From an uncultured Solirubrobacterales bacterium (GTDB lineage: Bacteria > Actinomycetota > Thermoleophilia > Solirubrobacterales > 70-9), in contig CAWGEV010000008.1 in assembly GCA_963821705.1 (NCBI GenBank), positions 127,023 to 191,022 on the forward strand: 64,000 nucleotides of DNA. The letters run 5' to 3'. Made by a program: the position numbers and the translations under genes. Under the pieces are notes generated by a model that did not search any database, was not told where the DNA came from, and saw nothing but the letters and a program-made list of their open reading frames with translations. How positions within the stretch are numbered: the first letter of the stretch is position 1; the number at the start of each line of letters is the position of its first letter. Below are positions 63,851 to 64,000 of this stretch, piece by piece.

Positions 63851-64000
63851 ATGAAGCGTTTACGCAAGCAAATGAGCTTCGCCAACGTGATGTCGGTCAC
63901 CGCCGTGTTCATCGCGCTGGGGGGAGCCGCCTATGCCGGAACGAAGATCAACGGCAAGTCGATCAAGAACGGCTCGATTCCGGCGGGCAAGCTGAAGGCC
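63851..64000 (+). CDS. N-terminal part of a signal-anchored/secreted hypothetical protein (runs off the window)
   Basis: MKRLRKQMSFANVMSVTAVFIALGGAAYAGTKINGKSIKNGSIPAGKLKA. GGGAGA Shine-Dalgarno sequence, good GC3, no stop before the window end. Confidence 0.45.
   Translation, partial: MKRLRKQMSFANVMSVTAVFIALGGAAYAGTKINGKSIKNGSIPAGKLKA

Noticed and set aside
1-64000. CRISPR arrays, tandem repeats, tRNA/rRNA/tmRNA genes, prophage or integrase genes, toxin-antitoxin pairs, restriction-modification or other defence systems.
   Set aside because: I saw no regularly spaced repeats and no cloverleaf-sized conserved non-coding blocks. The largest non-coding gaps are accounted for above, and no hallmark genes are present. 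This was visual inspection only. tRNAscan-SE, Infernal and a repeat finder would be the definitive check.

Overview
This is a very GC-rich segment with strong G/C bias at third codon positions. It is densely packed with conserved housekeeping genes, and its gene order looks actinobacterial. I cannot assign the taxon from sequence alone.

Reading left to right:
- dcw cell-wall/division cluster: murD (3' part)-ftsW-murG-murC-murB-ftsQ-ftsZ, with no ftsA.
- SRPBCC protein.
- Glycine-cleavage operon gcvT-gcvH ... gcvPA-gcvPB, interrupted by four membrane/ion/stress genes.
- Minus-strand NHEJ operon encoded as separate genes for ATP-dependent ligase, Ku and LigD-type polymerase.
- Polysaccharide deacetylase, DHA2-type MFS pump, F420/PPOX-like protein.
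- A long, mostly 4-nt-overlapping gene string: trpS, scpA, scpB, M14 peptidase, amidase_2, rluB, aroH, GNAT, hisC.
- aroG-tyrA-aroA, cupin, cmk-der, a large membrane-anchored protein.
- metK, priA, def-fmt, a zinc-ribbon protein, rpe, an RCK-gated 2-TM channel, a flippase.
- ribD-ribE-ribBA-ribH, rpmB, two envelope proteins, yloV, a hypothetical protein, GST, DUF427, recG.
- A DUF222-HNH gene, rsmD-coaD, a coiled-coil protein.
- A three-gene module (Cys-rich protein, APH-like kinase, DUF6285-like protein) convergent with an SDR and an enoyl-CoA hydratase.

I found no rRNA, tRNA, CRISPR array, IS element or recognisable defence island. I do not see a convincing large novel multi-gene system.

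The most interesting signals are small:
1. A 28-codon leader ORF ending AYFYFWRFT upstream of the DAHP synthase gene.
2. A near-perfect actinobacterial LexA box on the start codon of a probably leaderless DUF222-HNH gene wedged between recG and rsmD.
3. A 57-codon ORF with strong coding signal at the 3' end of the NHEJ operon, below the ORF-track cutoff.
4. A channel whose selectivity filter reads TVGSDPTPP instead of TVGYG.
5. The uncharacterised Cys-rich/kinase/DUF6285 module.

Many long ORFs in the track are antisense artefacts of the high GC content and are not reported as genes.
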